Of a stretch of DNA of 54,037 nt, positions 9,208-18,606 are shown piece after piece; within the stretch, counting starts at the first letter, position 1, and every line of letters starts with the position of its first letter. The translations under genes and the position numbers were made by a program. Source of the stretch: an uncultured Candidatus Saccharibacteria bacterium (GTDB lineage: Bacteria; Patescibacteriota; Minisyncoccia; Phycocordibacterales; PALSA-1337); NCBI GenBank assembly GCA_964576745.1, contig CAZNUY010000003.1:1-54037 (forward strand), read 5' to 3'. The notes beneath the pieces are model-generated. The model did no database searches and was not told where the DNA came from. It saw only the letters and a list, made by a program, of their open reading frames with translations.

Positions 9208-10035
9208 CTATTTTTCCAACCTTTTAACAAGTTGCTTATATGCTTTGGCGTTATTTACTGCAATCCAACATTCTGACGGTATACTGACAGCAGACAATTG
9301 TTTCTTTTTTGCTAATACCGGAAACAATACACTTTCGAAATCCGCTTTTTTATTTAGATCAAAATATTTTTCAAAGTAAGGATGAACTCCTGGCCCAAGA
9401 ATGGTTATACCGATATGTGTTGGTATTGGAATAGCCGGATACATCTCAATTTGATGTACGACATTGTTAATAATTTTCATACCAGTATAAGTATATGGTG
9501 TCTCCTCAACTACCACGACCGTGGCTAATTTATTTTGATCTAAGTGCCCCTGAGCAATATACCTTGGAAAATTACCCTTGAAATCCAGAATAACATCATC
9601 AGGATTATGAACAATAAAATAATGATTCTTTGGGATAAAATCTTGAATTATTGCATTTTTTATAGCACCACCCTTACCTACCGGCTTTTCGGGATCATAT
9701 GAATATCTGATGCTTACACCAAACTTAGACCCATCACCGAGGACATTTTCTATTGAATGAGCATTGTGAAAAACTGACGCTACAAAATTCTTGAAACCTG
9801 CGTCTCGATACATCTTTATTGCCATTTCAATCATTGTCTCACCATTTGGCAAAAGAAAAGCATTTTTATTCACCGCTTGACCATTTGTAACCTCAGAGAA
9901 TCGAGAGCTCTCACCACCAGCCATGAGAACAATTGTTGTATTGCTTACAAAATTATCCCAAACTTTATCATTAATTTTTTTGGGCTTCTTTACTCGATTA
10001 ATCTTTTTTCGTAGCTCTTTTAGTGCCTTCTTCAT
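9208..10035 (-). CDS. sugar-phosphate nucleotidyltransferase family protein
   Basis: 275-aa ORF with N-terminal LMAGGESSRF (GGxxxR NTP-transferase loop). Confidence 0.55.
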   Translation of the reverse strand: MKKALKELRKKINRVKKPKKINDKVWDNFVSNTTIVLMAGGESSRFSEVTNGQAVNKNAFLLPNGETMIEMAIKMYRDAGFKNFVASVFHNAHSIENVLGDGSKFGVSIRYSYDPEKPVGKGGAIKNAIIQDFIPKNHYFIVHNPDDVILDFKGNFPRYIAQGHLDQNKLATVVVVEETPYTYTGMKIINNVVHQIEMYPAIPIPTHIGITILGPGVHPYFEKYFDLNKKADFESVLFPVLAKKKQLSAVSIPSECWIAVNNAKAYKQLVKRLEK

Positions 10036-10087
10036 ATTGTGTGTTGTATTACAAAAATGGATATATCTATATCCATTTTTGAATCTA

Positions 10088-12412
10088 TTAGACTATTTCG
10101 CAGACACCAGAGACACAAGCGAGTTCCTTTTTGAGATCTGTTTCGTTCTGAATTTCGTAGGTAATAATTTTTGAATAATCGATATGTTCCATCCTTTTTG
10201 CCAATTCTTTGTATGTCTTTTCATCTATGGCTTCGTATGGAGCTAACTTGTAAACCACGTCTTCACGAGGCAAGAAAGAAAGTCCGCCAACAATATCCCA
10301 GTTTGAATATACCCAATTTGCAACCGCTATCCATTCATCATTACCAACAGAAATTGTTACGGATGGATTGTGTTCTGTATAATTTTCCTTGACCATTTTC
10401 CAATACTCCAACTGTTCGATAGCTGTCTGATCATCTCGGAATATCGAACCACTTGGGGCTTTGACTGGAAATTCCAAAACATAAGTGGTGGCATTTTCTG
10501 GCGACTGACCAACCTCGGGAAAATGAGGCACACCTTGATCTTTAAGCATTTTGAACAATGAATCTGTGGCAGATATACGAATCCTTCTGATGTAGAATTT
10601 TGAATGTCGTGGATGCATGCCGGAAGAACAATCTACAGTTTGTGAAAGAGTACCTGAGGGCTTAACACAAGTAATTGCGGTTGATTCGCCTATACCAAAT
10701 CTTTTGGCATATTCTTTGTTGATTTTGATAGCTTCTGCCTTGAGTTTGCGCATAACTTCTGGCTTTCGAACTACTGGGGAATCCCATTGTCCTGTTATAG
10801 AAACACCGAGAAGCCTCTCTTTTTCGCAATGTTCCTTCCATTCTTTTGAAAGATATGGGAAGTTGGTGAGACTGGACTGGTATGTACCGAGAATAGTTGC
10901 AATACGCATTTTCTTGAGTAATGTTGCTTCGGTATCCTCTGCTCGAGCAACAATCTCTGATAGGTTACAAAATTGTTTTGATTGGAGAATAATCTCGCCA
11001 CAAGGATTTGTGCCCATAGGGCCAACTATATGATTGCCTGTCTGATCAAAATATCCTTTGTACTCTTTTAAAACTTTTATTCTCCTTTCTGGTAAGGTAC
11101 TAGCTAACGATCCACGATTGAATATACCTCTCTCACCTGAACGACTCTCAATAAGAGCCATCCATTCTTTTAGGAATTCTTCATTACTTGGCTTATTTAT
11201 ATAGACAGCGGAATTATTGGATAATGCTCTATGAGGATGAGTCATGTAGAACGCACCTTTCTTTGCATCACGAACTAGTTCATCATTGAGGTCTGAAAGA
11301 GAAATCATAGCACTGCGCCTAACACCACCAGAAACAACACAATCACCAATCATACAGATAATATCGTGAAGATCGATGGTGCGCAGTCTCCTGCCCTGTC
11401 TCGCAAGCATCACCTGGCGTGCAAAAGAAAGCAATCTCATAAGTGGTGCTGGGCCAGATGATTTGCCACCCATAGTCTTGAGTCTTGCACCTTCTGGACG
11501 AAGCTGTGAAAAATCAAATTCTATGTCTTTACCAGACGCCCAGGTCTCCATACCCAGAGTGAGCGAATCTGCCCAACCCTCCTTACTATCTGGAATAACA
11601 TGTGTAGGAAGTTTCTCACCAGTCTGCATCATAATCTGTGGAAAACGTTCTACGTTGGCACTTTCTACTGCCCAACCAGCACCAGTTCCACACATTGATA
11701 TATACATAATCTCAGCAAGATCCTGGAAAGACTGCGGTGCTATAAATGAACAATTATATGCACAAACATTGGTAGCTGATGCGGCCTTACCAGCAAACTG
11801 AAGTAATCTCATAGAAGGCATCGCTTGGTGACTAAGAATAGCTTCGCGAATCTCTTTGTATTCGGTATCTTTGAGTTTATTGCCTAAATTCTCTTTCATG
11901 AAAGCAACATAACGATCGACTGTTTCGATCCAGGTCTCTCTTCGACCTTCATTATCCATCCATCTAGAATACGAACGATAATAGACAAATTCACCCAAAG
12001 CATTGCGGAAGTATTTTTTGGAATCAGTAGCTAATTTGCGGACACGCTCTGGAACTTCTACTCCTTGTAGACGCAACTTCGAGCGCTCTTCGCGGTATAA
12101 GACATAATGTTTGGCTGCTTTGACATAATCAGAACGCATCAACTCTTGTTCGACAATATCCTGACAACCTTCGACGGTAGGGACGAAATTGTTAAATTTG
12201 CGTTTAATTCTTAGTAATTCAGAATAGACCTGATTTGCTACAACCTTGGCTTCTTCTATAGTTCCCTCTCCGACTGAAGACATGCCTTTCCAAACGGCAT
12301 TAACAATCTTTTCTAGATCAAAAGGTACTATTCGACCATCTCTTTTTATAATCGTAGGGATAGAAGGGGCCTTGACCGCTCCTTTGGCGGTTGTTTTTTT
12401 CTTTTTTGGCAT
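10088..12412 (-). CDS. nrdJ: class II (adenosylcobalamin-dependent) ribonucleotide reductase with N-terminal ATP-cone
   Basis: 774-aa ORF; ATP-cone IIKRDGRIVPFDLEKI; active-site TNPCGEI..FCNLSEI; C-terminal Cys pair CVSGVCEIV. Confidence 0.85.
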   Translation of the reverse strand: MPKKKKTTAKGAVKAPSIPTIIKRDGRIVPFDLEKIVNAVWKGMSSVGEGTIEEAKVVANQVYSELLRIKRKFNNFVPTVEGCQDIVEQELMRSDYVKAAKHYVLYREERSKLRLQGVEVPERVRKLATDSKKYFRNALGEFVYYRSYSRWMDNEGRRETWIETVDRYVAFMKENLGNKLKDTEYKEIREAILSHQAMPSMRLLQFAGKAASATNVCAYNCSFIAPQSFQDLAEIMYISMCGTGAGWAVESANVERFPQIMMQTGEKLPTHVIPDSKEGWADSLTLGMETWASGKDIEFDFSQLRPEGARLKTMGGKSSGPAPLMRLLSFARQVMLARQGRRLRTIDLHDIICMIGDCVVSGGVRRSAMISLSDLNDELVRDAKKGAFYMTHPHRALSNNSAVYINKPSNEEFLKEWMALIESRSGERGIFNRGSLASTLPERRIKVLKEYKGYFDQTGNHIVGPMGTNPCGEIILQSKQFCNLSEIVARAEDTEATLLKKMRIATILGTYQSSLTNFPYLSKEWKEHCEKERLLGVSITGQWDSPVVRKPEVMRKLKAEAIKINKEYAKRFGIGESTAITCVKPSGTLSQTVDCSSGMHPRHSKFYIRRIRISATDSLFKMLKDQGVPHFPEVGQSPENATTYVLEFPVKAPSGSIFRDDQTAIEQLEYWKMVKENYTEHNPSVTISVGNDEWIAVANWVYSNWDIVGGLSFLPREDVVYKLAPYEAIDEKTYKELAKRMEHIDYSKIITYEIQNETDLKKELACVSGVCEIV

Positions 12413-12565
12413 ATGACTACGCAGGCGATGCGCAAACTTATATTCTTATAATTTAAACTATCTAATTTATTTTTCGTATCGACCGAAAAATAATTTTAAT
12501 TACTTATTAACATTGTACATCCCAAATGAAAGTAAAAAAACTGTGGACAATGATTTACATCACAA

Positions 12566-13069
12566 TTAGATTGTAAATGTAAGAGGGGTTCCAGATGCGA
12601 TACCATTTTCTTCCGCATAACCAGCGTTCAATTCTAGTACATATTTGACTGGCCGTGGTGGGAAGAAAATATTGGGATATGATTTTGGATCAACATCTCT
12701 TGTAACACCGACGACAACTTTGTCTTTATTTATCCATACTATATCAATAGGAAACGACATATTGCGCATCCAAAAACCTCTTGAAGCTATTACTGGAAAA
12801 ACAAAGAGCATTCCTGAACCAGGATCTAATGACTGGCGACCACTAAGACCGGTCTCTAATTGCTCAGATGATGTAGCAAGTTCTGCCTTGATATATCCAT
12901 TTGGAGCATGAATAAGAGTCTCTTTGGCTGAAATGGTATTTTTGCTGAGGTATTCTTCTAATGTGGGTAAAGAATTATTACTTGATAAATAAAACACGAG
13001 CGCAACCAGACCCAATACACCAATAATTACTGTAAAAATATGACTGCTAAAATTTGTTTTCTTATTCAT
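12566..13069 (-). CDS. DUF192 (COG1430) family protein with N-terminal TM anchor
   Basis: 167-aa ORF; GLSGR..L....GMLFVF...FWMRNMSFPIDIVWI pattern. Confidence 0.65.
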   Translation of the reverse strand: MNKKTNFSSHIFTVIIGVLGLVALVFYLSSNNSLPTLEEYLSKNTISAKETLIHAPNGYIKAELATSSEQLETGLSGRQSLDPGSGMLFVFPVIASRGFWMRNMSFPIDIVWINKDKVVVGVTRDVDPKSYPNIFFPPRPVKYVLELNAGYAEENGIASGTPLTFTI

Positions 13070-13070
13070 T

Positions 13071-13229
13071 TTAATTTCTAATACTCAGTGTCTTCAATAA
13101 ACTAATAAGTCCTGTAATAACCAATGCTGCTGATACAACTAGAATCATACTTGTTTCTTGCGGGATAGACAAACCGTAATTTTTGAAATAAATGAATGCA
13201 CCGGCAATTATAAAAATGTAGGGAAACAT
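13071..13229 (-). CDS. possible 52-aa two-helix membrane peptide
   Basis: Hand-translated (MFPYIFIIAGAFIYFKNYGL...). It directly follows the DUF192 gene on the same strand and is below the ORF-track cutoff. Confidence 0.25.
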   Translation of the reverse strand: MFPYIFIIAGAFIYFKNYGLSIPQETSMILVVSAALVITGLISLLKTLSIRN

Positions 13230-13289
13230 GATACTTGTTTTGAAGATACTTTATGCTAGCATTCTATCATACAAGCTAATATTTAATAT

Positions 13290-13694
13290 ATGGAACCGAT
13301 CAACATACTGCCCATAATCGTATCTTCATTAGTCGCCTTTGGTATTGGCTCATTCTGGTACTCGCCTTTCCTTTTTGGTAAAGAATGGATGGAAGGTAGA
13401 AAAATACAAGAAAGTACAATAGAAAAAAGTAGCGTTCTACGTTCATACAGTATCCAATTTGTCTTTACAGTAATCACTTTCTCCGTTCTAGCATTCCTCA
13501 TAAGCATGGCAGAAGTAAGATCCAGCACCGATGGATCTTTCGTTGGCTTACTAACATGGATTGGTTTTATTCTACCCATTTCCCTTTCTAGTGTTTTATG
13601 GAAAAGAGATACTTTTACCCTCTTTCTTATAGATGTTGTCTACAATTTGGTCATAATAACAATCGGTGGTGCAATAATCGGCGCCTGGAGGTAA
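13290..13694 (+). CDS. DUF1761-like membrane protein
   Basis: 134-aa ORF; N-terminal ...GIGSFWYSPFLFGKEWM pattern; four hydrophobic segments. Confidence 0.55.
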   Translation: MEPINILPIIVSSLVAFGIGSFWYSPFLFGKEWMEGRKIQESTIEKSSVLRSYSIQFVFTVITFSVLAFLISMAEVRSSTDGSFVGLLTWIGFILPISLSSVLWKRDTFTLFLIDVVYNLVIITIGGAIIGAWR

Positions 13695-13727
13695 TTGCCA
13701 AGTTCAATACACGTCCTAAAACTGCTT

Positions 13728-14336
13728 TTACAACGTTGACCCGACGCAATAGTACTTGAAGTTTGAATCACAAGCAGTATTACCAGTGGCTTGAGCATCC
13801 AAAAATGCACCTGTAATTGAGTTACTTAACAAAGCAGGACCCTCCATATAAAAGCGGATCTTATAACTTTTTTTGTCTGCAGAAACGACATAACCGTAGC
13901 TATATTGGTGATCCTGAGCTGTTCTATACAGTGGATCTTGAATGGAGCAGGCAAAATATGAAGGACCGATCGATGCTAGTGCCTGCTTTATAAATAATGA
14001 AAATTTCGAATCTGACATATTTGAACTATCGACTTTTCCTATTGTAGCCTTAATAAGATTCTCACTTGAAAGCGGTGTCATCATATTTGCCCAATTTTGA
14101 GGTATAGACTGATCAAATGATTGTGGTCCCAGATTGTCTGGATATACTCCATGATTGAGGTAATAAAGAGCCAATGCTTTTTGGACTTCTTTTATTTGAG
14201 TAATCCTTTGTGCATCACGACCTTTTGCTTTTGCACCCTCCAAGGCTACGAGAACAGTAGATGAAAGAACGGAAACGATAGATATAACCACTAGCAATTC
14301 AATAAGCGTAAAACCCTTTTTATATGAGATTTTCAT
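13728..14336 (-). CDS. type IV pilin / pseudopilin-like protein (prepilin-type N-terminal methylation motif)
   Basis: KGFTLIELLVVISIV signature. Start moved to the internal Met (MKISYKKGFTLIE) of ORF 13728..14369. Confidence 0.75.
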   Translation of the reverse strand: MKISYKKGFTLIELLVVISIVSVLSSTVLVALEGAKAKGRDAQRITQIKEVQKALALYYLNHGVYPDNLGPQSFDQSIPQNWANMMTPLSSENLIKATIGKVDSSNMSDSKFSLFIKQALASIGPSYFACSIQDPLYRTAQDHQYSYGYVVSADKKSYKIRFYMEGPALLSNSITGAFLDAQATGNTACDSNFKYYCVGSTL

Positions 14337-14556
14337 GGAAATTATTATATCATGGATTATGAGGGGCAAGTAGAATCTCTGACAATATTAGCGCGACCGC
14401 TTTTGGCACTCATAATCCGTGGGGGATTATTCCAATATTTGTTTATCTGGTCTTTTGTGTAGGGATCGAGATGAGTCTTGTTGAAGGAGATCGTTTTGTT
14501 CATGTGATGATTTTCCACCATTCTTTCTAGTTGACTTCATTTATCTAGCAAAAACT

Positions 14557-15837
14557 TTATAGTGGTAACATAATTTCGTAAAGCCTATAATCAGCGATAC
14601 TTCCAGCATATTCATTTAAAACCATCTTAACTTGATACGTAGTCATAAGCCTTTCTAAATACTCTAATGCTTTCATGTCCTTATTTGAAAATCCCAAATA
14701 AACCTTACCCTCTGGATTCAGATGATCATTAAGATTCTTAAAAAACTTATCAAGTACATTAAAATCATCGGTAGAAACACTATTCATCAATCTCGTATGG
14801 TTGGCAGAAATTTTCTCATGGTGAAATGGAGGATGAAATAGGATTACGTCTGCTTTTTCTTGACCAACAGGATCAAAGACCGAACCTTCTCTTACGTCTA
14901 TAATTTTTTCTAATTTAAGTCTCTTAACATTTTCCTTAGTATTTTCTACAGCTGAAGGATTAATGTCAACACTTATAACTTTTTTTGCACCATTAAGGGC
15001 GGCCAATATTCCTAGGTTGCCAGGTCCACAACCAATATCAAACACTATTTTATCTTCACAAATTTGACGCGAAATGTATTTAGCAAATGAAATTGAACTC
15101 CTAAATCTATTTGGAGGATACACATCGGGATGGATAACAAGCTCAAGACCCGCATACAATACGTTATATTTTTCATCGTACTGTTTGATGTTTTGATATA
15201 TCTGCTCTGATGTTAGAACTGGGTAATAATTTTTATTTATATAACCGCTAGCATCGTAATTAGTTATTATCTTATCGAGAACAGAGATTGCTTCCTTACC
15301 ATCTTTTACATAATAAATATTCTCTGGCAGTTTATCCCAATACAACCCCTCCTGTTTAATTTTATTACAAAGATCCTGATAAATTTCTGCCATCGGTGAT
15401 ACTATAATAATAGGTCTCTCTTCCTTACTAAGAAGCTGATTGATATGAACATCCAAGATTTCATGAAGAGTTCCTAATCCTCCTGCCATAGCAATAAATA
15501 CATCAGCCAAATCTGTCAGTCTTTGAATTCTATTTTTATATGCACTAAACCCTTCCCAATTGGTGAACCAGCTATGGATTTCGGGTTCATAATCTTTGAG
15601 ACCTACTCCGTAAACTTCACCACCGTGTGCAAATGCTTCTCTAGCAGTGACGCCCATAAGACCAACTTTTGAAGCTCCATTTACGAGAACATAACCCTTT
15701 TCAGCTAAACCACGAGCAATTTCTTTAGCGTCAGAAATATATTTTTCATTATTTGTATCATTTCCAGAACACATCAAAGTCACGTGGTATTTGTAACCAA
15801 GTTTTTCCTTTTGCTCTTTAGTGAATTTATTTAACAT
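14557..15837 (-). CDS. fusion protein: LOG/TIGR00730-like N-terminal domain plus class I SAM-dependent methyltransferase
   Basis: LOG motifs GASKVGLMG and AGGLGTLHE. Methyltransferase motif I is VFDIGCGPG; motif IV-like sequence is FHPPF. Confidence 0.7.
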   Translation of the reverse strand: MLNKFTKEQKEKLGYKYHVTLMCSGNDTNNEKYISDAKEIARGLAEKGYVLVNGASKVGLMGVTAREAFAHGGEVYGVGLKDYEPEIHSWFTNWEGFSAYKNRIQRLTDLADVFIAMAGGLGTLHEILDVHINQLLSKEERPIIIVSPMAEIYQDLCNKIKQEGLYWDKLPENIYYVKDGKEAISVLDKIITNYDASGYINKNYYPVLTSEQIYQNIKQYDEKYNVLYAGLELVIHPDVYPPNRFRSSISFAKYISRQICEDKIVFDIGCGPGNLGILAALNGAKKVISVDINPSAVENTKENVKRLKLEKIIDVREGSVFDPVGQEKADVILFHPPFHHEKISANHTRLMNSVSTDDFNVLDKFFKNLNDHLNPEGKVYLGFSNKDMKALEYLERLMTTYQVKMVLNEYAGSIADYRLYEIMLPL

Positions 15838-15918
15838 TTGTTAAATAGAATTAAAGCATTTTATTACAACATTGCATAGTTCTAAATGTTCACATACCGA
15901 AAATATAAGGGGTAATAA

Positions 15919-16431
15919 TCATGTCTCCCTATCAGAAATACTATATGTGCACAGTTTACGATTTCCGGGTTTATTTACAGCAGATAAAAGAGTAAGTTTT
16001 GGATTTGTAACAAATACTTTTATACCAGAACCGATCTTTTCTGGAAGAATGTTTAAAATAACCTTATCGATCAAACCTTCGCTCAGTGCTGAACTATTCA
16101 AGGTTGGACCACTTGTAAGTAATATATCCTGCCCTTCTAAAAAAGCATCTTTTGGAGAATTAGCAACTAAATATCCGTATTTCGGTATAAATTTATCATT
16201 ACTGGTAACAATAATCTTTTTAATATTCAAATCTTCAAAATCTTTGACCATCTCTTTTGGGTATCCTTGTATAGTTTCATATGTTTTTCTGCCCACCACA
16301 ACAGTGTCATAATTTCTGCAAATATCCAAAAAATCATCCCAAACTTCATCAGGAATAAAATCTTCACTACCATCAGGCCTTGCAATAAATCCGTCAGAAG
16401 AAATAACGTTGTATGAAGTTACCATAATCAA
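15919..16431 (-). CDS. dihydrofolate reductase-like / RibD C-terminal domain protein
   Basis: 170-aa ORF; VISSDGFIARPDGS...VVVGRKTYE pattern. Confidence 0.65.
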   Translation of the reverse strand: MIMVTSYNVISSDGFIARPDGSEDFIPDEVWDDFLDICRNYDTVVVGRKTYETIQGYPKEMVKDFEDLNIKKIIVTSNDKFIPKYGYLVANSPKDAFLEGQDILLTSGPTLNSSALSEGLIDKVILNILPEKIGSGIKVFVTNPKLTLLSAVNKPGNRKLCTYSISDRET

Positions 16432-16514
16432 AGTATAACAAGCCTAAAGATAAATTACATTCACATATGTAGAAGCTGACAATTGAATAATTGCATAAAT
16501 ATTGCTGACACTTA

Positions 16515-17657
16515 TTATTTATTACTTCTAAGAAACAAACTTTTCATTCCTATTAGACTGCTACATAATATTGCAAAATACATAAATAAAACAATTACAA
16601 GTGTTATTAAATTAATATATCCAGGCCATATATACATACCAATTTGGTCAATGTTTGACTGCGTCCCACTGTCAGGATTACTAGGATTATAAGGTGGAGC
16701 GACTCTTAGATGAAGTTTTTGAAAATCTTCAACATTAACACCTTTACATATCGTATCTCTTGGTAGGATATTAATAACTGAACTCTTGTCATCAATACTC
16801 AATCTAAGACTAATTGTATCCGCCTCGAGTCCATTTATAAAACAAAAACTCACCTGCTTAGTCCACGGCGGATCGAAGAACGGAAAAATATAACTCAACC
16901 ACTTCCCAACTTCATCAACATATCCCAACTCATTTGTTGAGAGGTATTCGATACTATCAGTAGGATTGCCGATAATAACACTTTGTATATAAGACTGAAA
17001 TAATTTTGACTTATCTATATTATATTTATTAAAACAAATATAAAATGACAACCCAATACAAATAACGGACACAATGAACAAGTTCCAAAAATATACTCTT
17101 TTCCAGATGTTTGAAATATAGAACCAAGGAATAATACCTACTTTCCTTTTGTATTCTAAATACCTATCCCCAAACTTTTTCTCAAGAAATCCATCCTCTT
17201 TTTTAATTACATACAACATAAAAAGTATGACAGGCAACATTAAAAAAGCCAACCAATAATGTAACTGGAGGTATATTCCAACACCAGTGAGTGCTGCCCC
17301 AGCATAGTATGGGTGTCGAGTAAATTTATACGGTCCACCTGTAAATAAAACATCACCGGAATCATCTCCCATAAATCCCCAATCTTTATTTCTATAAAAA
17401 CGAGTCCATATCATTAACGATAAACCAAGCAAGGAAAACAAAACACCCAAGTAGTAGCTAGGATTTGTAGTGTTTGTTTTCACTATCTCTAATAAGAGCA
17501 GTATTGGGAGTAAGAAAGAAATAAAGATCTCAATAATCTTTCTTCCCCAATAAATAAAGGAGGTAACCATTTTTCTATCCCTTTTTCCTTGTATCAAGGT
17601 AAAGCTATTTCGGAATACGATAAATCCTAAAAGTAATGCTATTGTCACTAATTTCAT
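16515..17657 (-). CDS. membrane methyltransferase (ICMT/PEMT-like) with about 200-aa C-terminal extension of unknown function
   Basis: 380-aa ORF; FTRHPYYAG motif within TM helices. Confidence 0.6.
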   Translation of the reverse strand: MKLVTIALLLGFIVFRNSFTLIQGKRDRKMVTSFIYWGRKIIEIFISFLLPILLLLEIVKTNTTNPSYYLGVLFSLLGLSLMIWTRFYRNKDWGFMGDDSGDVLFTGGPYKFTRHPYYAGAALTGVGIYLQLHYWLAFLMLPVILFMLYVIKKEDGFLEKKFGDRYLEYKRKVGIIPWFYISNIWKRVYFWNLFIVSVICIGLSFYICFNKYNIDKSKLFQSYIQSVIIGNPTDSIEYLSTNELGYVDEVGKWLSYIFPFFDPPWTKQVSFCFINGLEADTISLRLSIDDKSSVINILPRDTICKGVNVEDFQKLHLRVAPPYNPSNPDSGTQSNIDQIGMYIWPGYINLITLVIVLFMYFAILCSSLIGMKSLFLRSNK

Positions 17658-17677
17658 AGAATGAATGCTACCACTCG

Positions 17678-17700
17678 TTCACCACATTCACAATATTCAC
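17678..17700 (+). repeat. three TTCAC iterons at exact 9-bp spacing
   Basis: TTCAC at 17678, 17687 and 17696, immediately left of the junction copy at 17703. Confidence 0.7.
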
Positions 17701-17702
17701 AA

Positions 17703-17753
17703 TGTGACCCAACGGCCAAGTAGGTCGATATGCCTATTTAGGAGTCGACCTCG
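17703..17753. repeat. interrupted copy of the island-left junction (tgtgaccc.acgg + 25-nt insert + ggagtcgacctcg)
   Basis: Matches 18329-18353 (tgtgaccctacggggagtcgacctcg), including the island-specific cctcg that is absent from the tRNA. Confidence 0.65.
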
Positions 17754-17781
17754 ACTTCTGCCTTTATTGAATTTTTCTGAA

Positions 17782-18309
17782 TCACTTATGTGCAACAAAA
17801 ATTCCTTCAATATTTTCCAGCATTGTCTTATAAGAATCTTCATCAAAGCTGGTCCAAAATCCTATGAATTTACCATTATTAACTTTTTTACGAGGTAACC
17901 TTCCAGCAACAATATAATAACTTAATTTTTCAAGAACTTTTTTGTCTTCGTTGTTTATACTAATATCTTTCAAGTCTTCGAGCATTGAAATCAAATTATG
18001 ATGTGAATATTTTCCTGGTATGCACAACTCATCATTTTTACAAGTTATATTACCTTGACTAACCAACAAACCTTTAAGTAAGCACTCTATCGTCATACCT
18101 CGAAGCATCATGATCGTAGTCATGTAATCATTACATCCAATCTCTGCATTATTTTTCAAGTTCATCACTGATAACCAATTATCCGTTTCCAATTTTTCAT
18201 AAGCTTTCTTAAGCCTATCGGAATATGTTTGCCAAAGATTTAAATCTAAGACAATTTCGCAAAATTTTTTTGTGGAATCTTTATGATTCATTCTTTTTTT
18301 TAAGTACAA
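17782..18309 (-). CDS. hypothetical protein (weak HEPN-like helical pattern, not assignable)
   Basis: 175-aa ORF lying between the two junction copies. Confidence 0.45.
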   Translation of the reverse strand: MYLKKRMNHKDSTKKFCEIVLDLNLWQTYSDRLKKAYEKLETDNWLSVMNLKNNAEIGCNDYMTTIMMLRGMTIECLLKGLLVSQGNITCKNDELCIPGKYSHHNLISMLEDLKDISINNEDKKVLEKLSYYIVAGRLPRKKVNNGKFIGFWTSFDEDSYKTMLENIEGIFVAHK

Positions 18310-18326
18310 GATCTTAATTTCTAATT

Positions 18327-18348
18327 TTGTGACCCTACGGGGAGTCGA
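18327..18348. repeat. distal att-like direct repeat (copy of tRNA-Glu 3' end)
   Basis: Identical to 36710-36731. Confidence 0.85.
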
Positions 18349-18500
18349 CCTCGCCTCTCACTCGCTACCCGCTCGTTCGGGCTGGTCACCGGCTCGGCTG
18401 TTTCGCTTGCTAGCGAAACATGCCTCCGCCGTTCGCCTCCCCGACGCTCGCGCGCAGGCGCGAGCTTAGGCTCACACTCGCTACGCTCGTGTGACCTATT
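18349..18500. other. G+C-rich ORF-less structured module with a split reverse complement of the tRNA-Glu 3' end around a GCAG-loop hairpin
   Basis: ttcgcctccccg (18432-18443), AC, hairpin gctcgcgc-GCAG-gcgcgagc (18446-18465), T, taggctcaca (18467-18476), then the degenerate target gtgtgaccta (18489-18498). Confidence 0.6.
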
Positions 18501-18584
18501 AGCTTGGCTTTCAGAACTTACTAAACAAAGAGATTATATCAATTTGGCTCTAACTAATCTATCAGGTATTCTTGCTGAATAAAG

Positions 18585-18606
18585 TTCACGACGTTCACAC
18601 GTTCAC
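18585..18606 (+). repeat. three TTCAC iterons (spacing 9 and 8 bp)
   Basis: TTCAC at 18585, 18594 and 18602. Confidence 0.6.

Noticed and set aside
14357-14503. 48-aa minus-strand ORF (MNKTISFNKTHLDPYTKDQINKYWNNPPR...) upstream of the pilin-like gene
   Set aside because: It is a plausible leader peptide or small protein, but I could verify no motif, RBS or conservation, so it was not listed as a feature.
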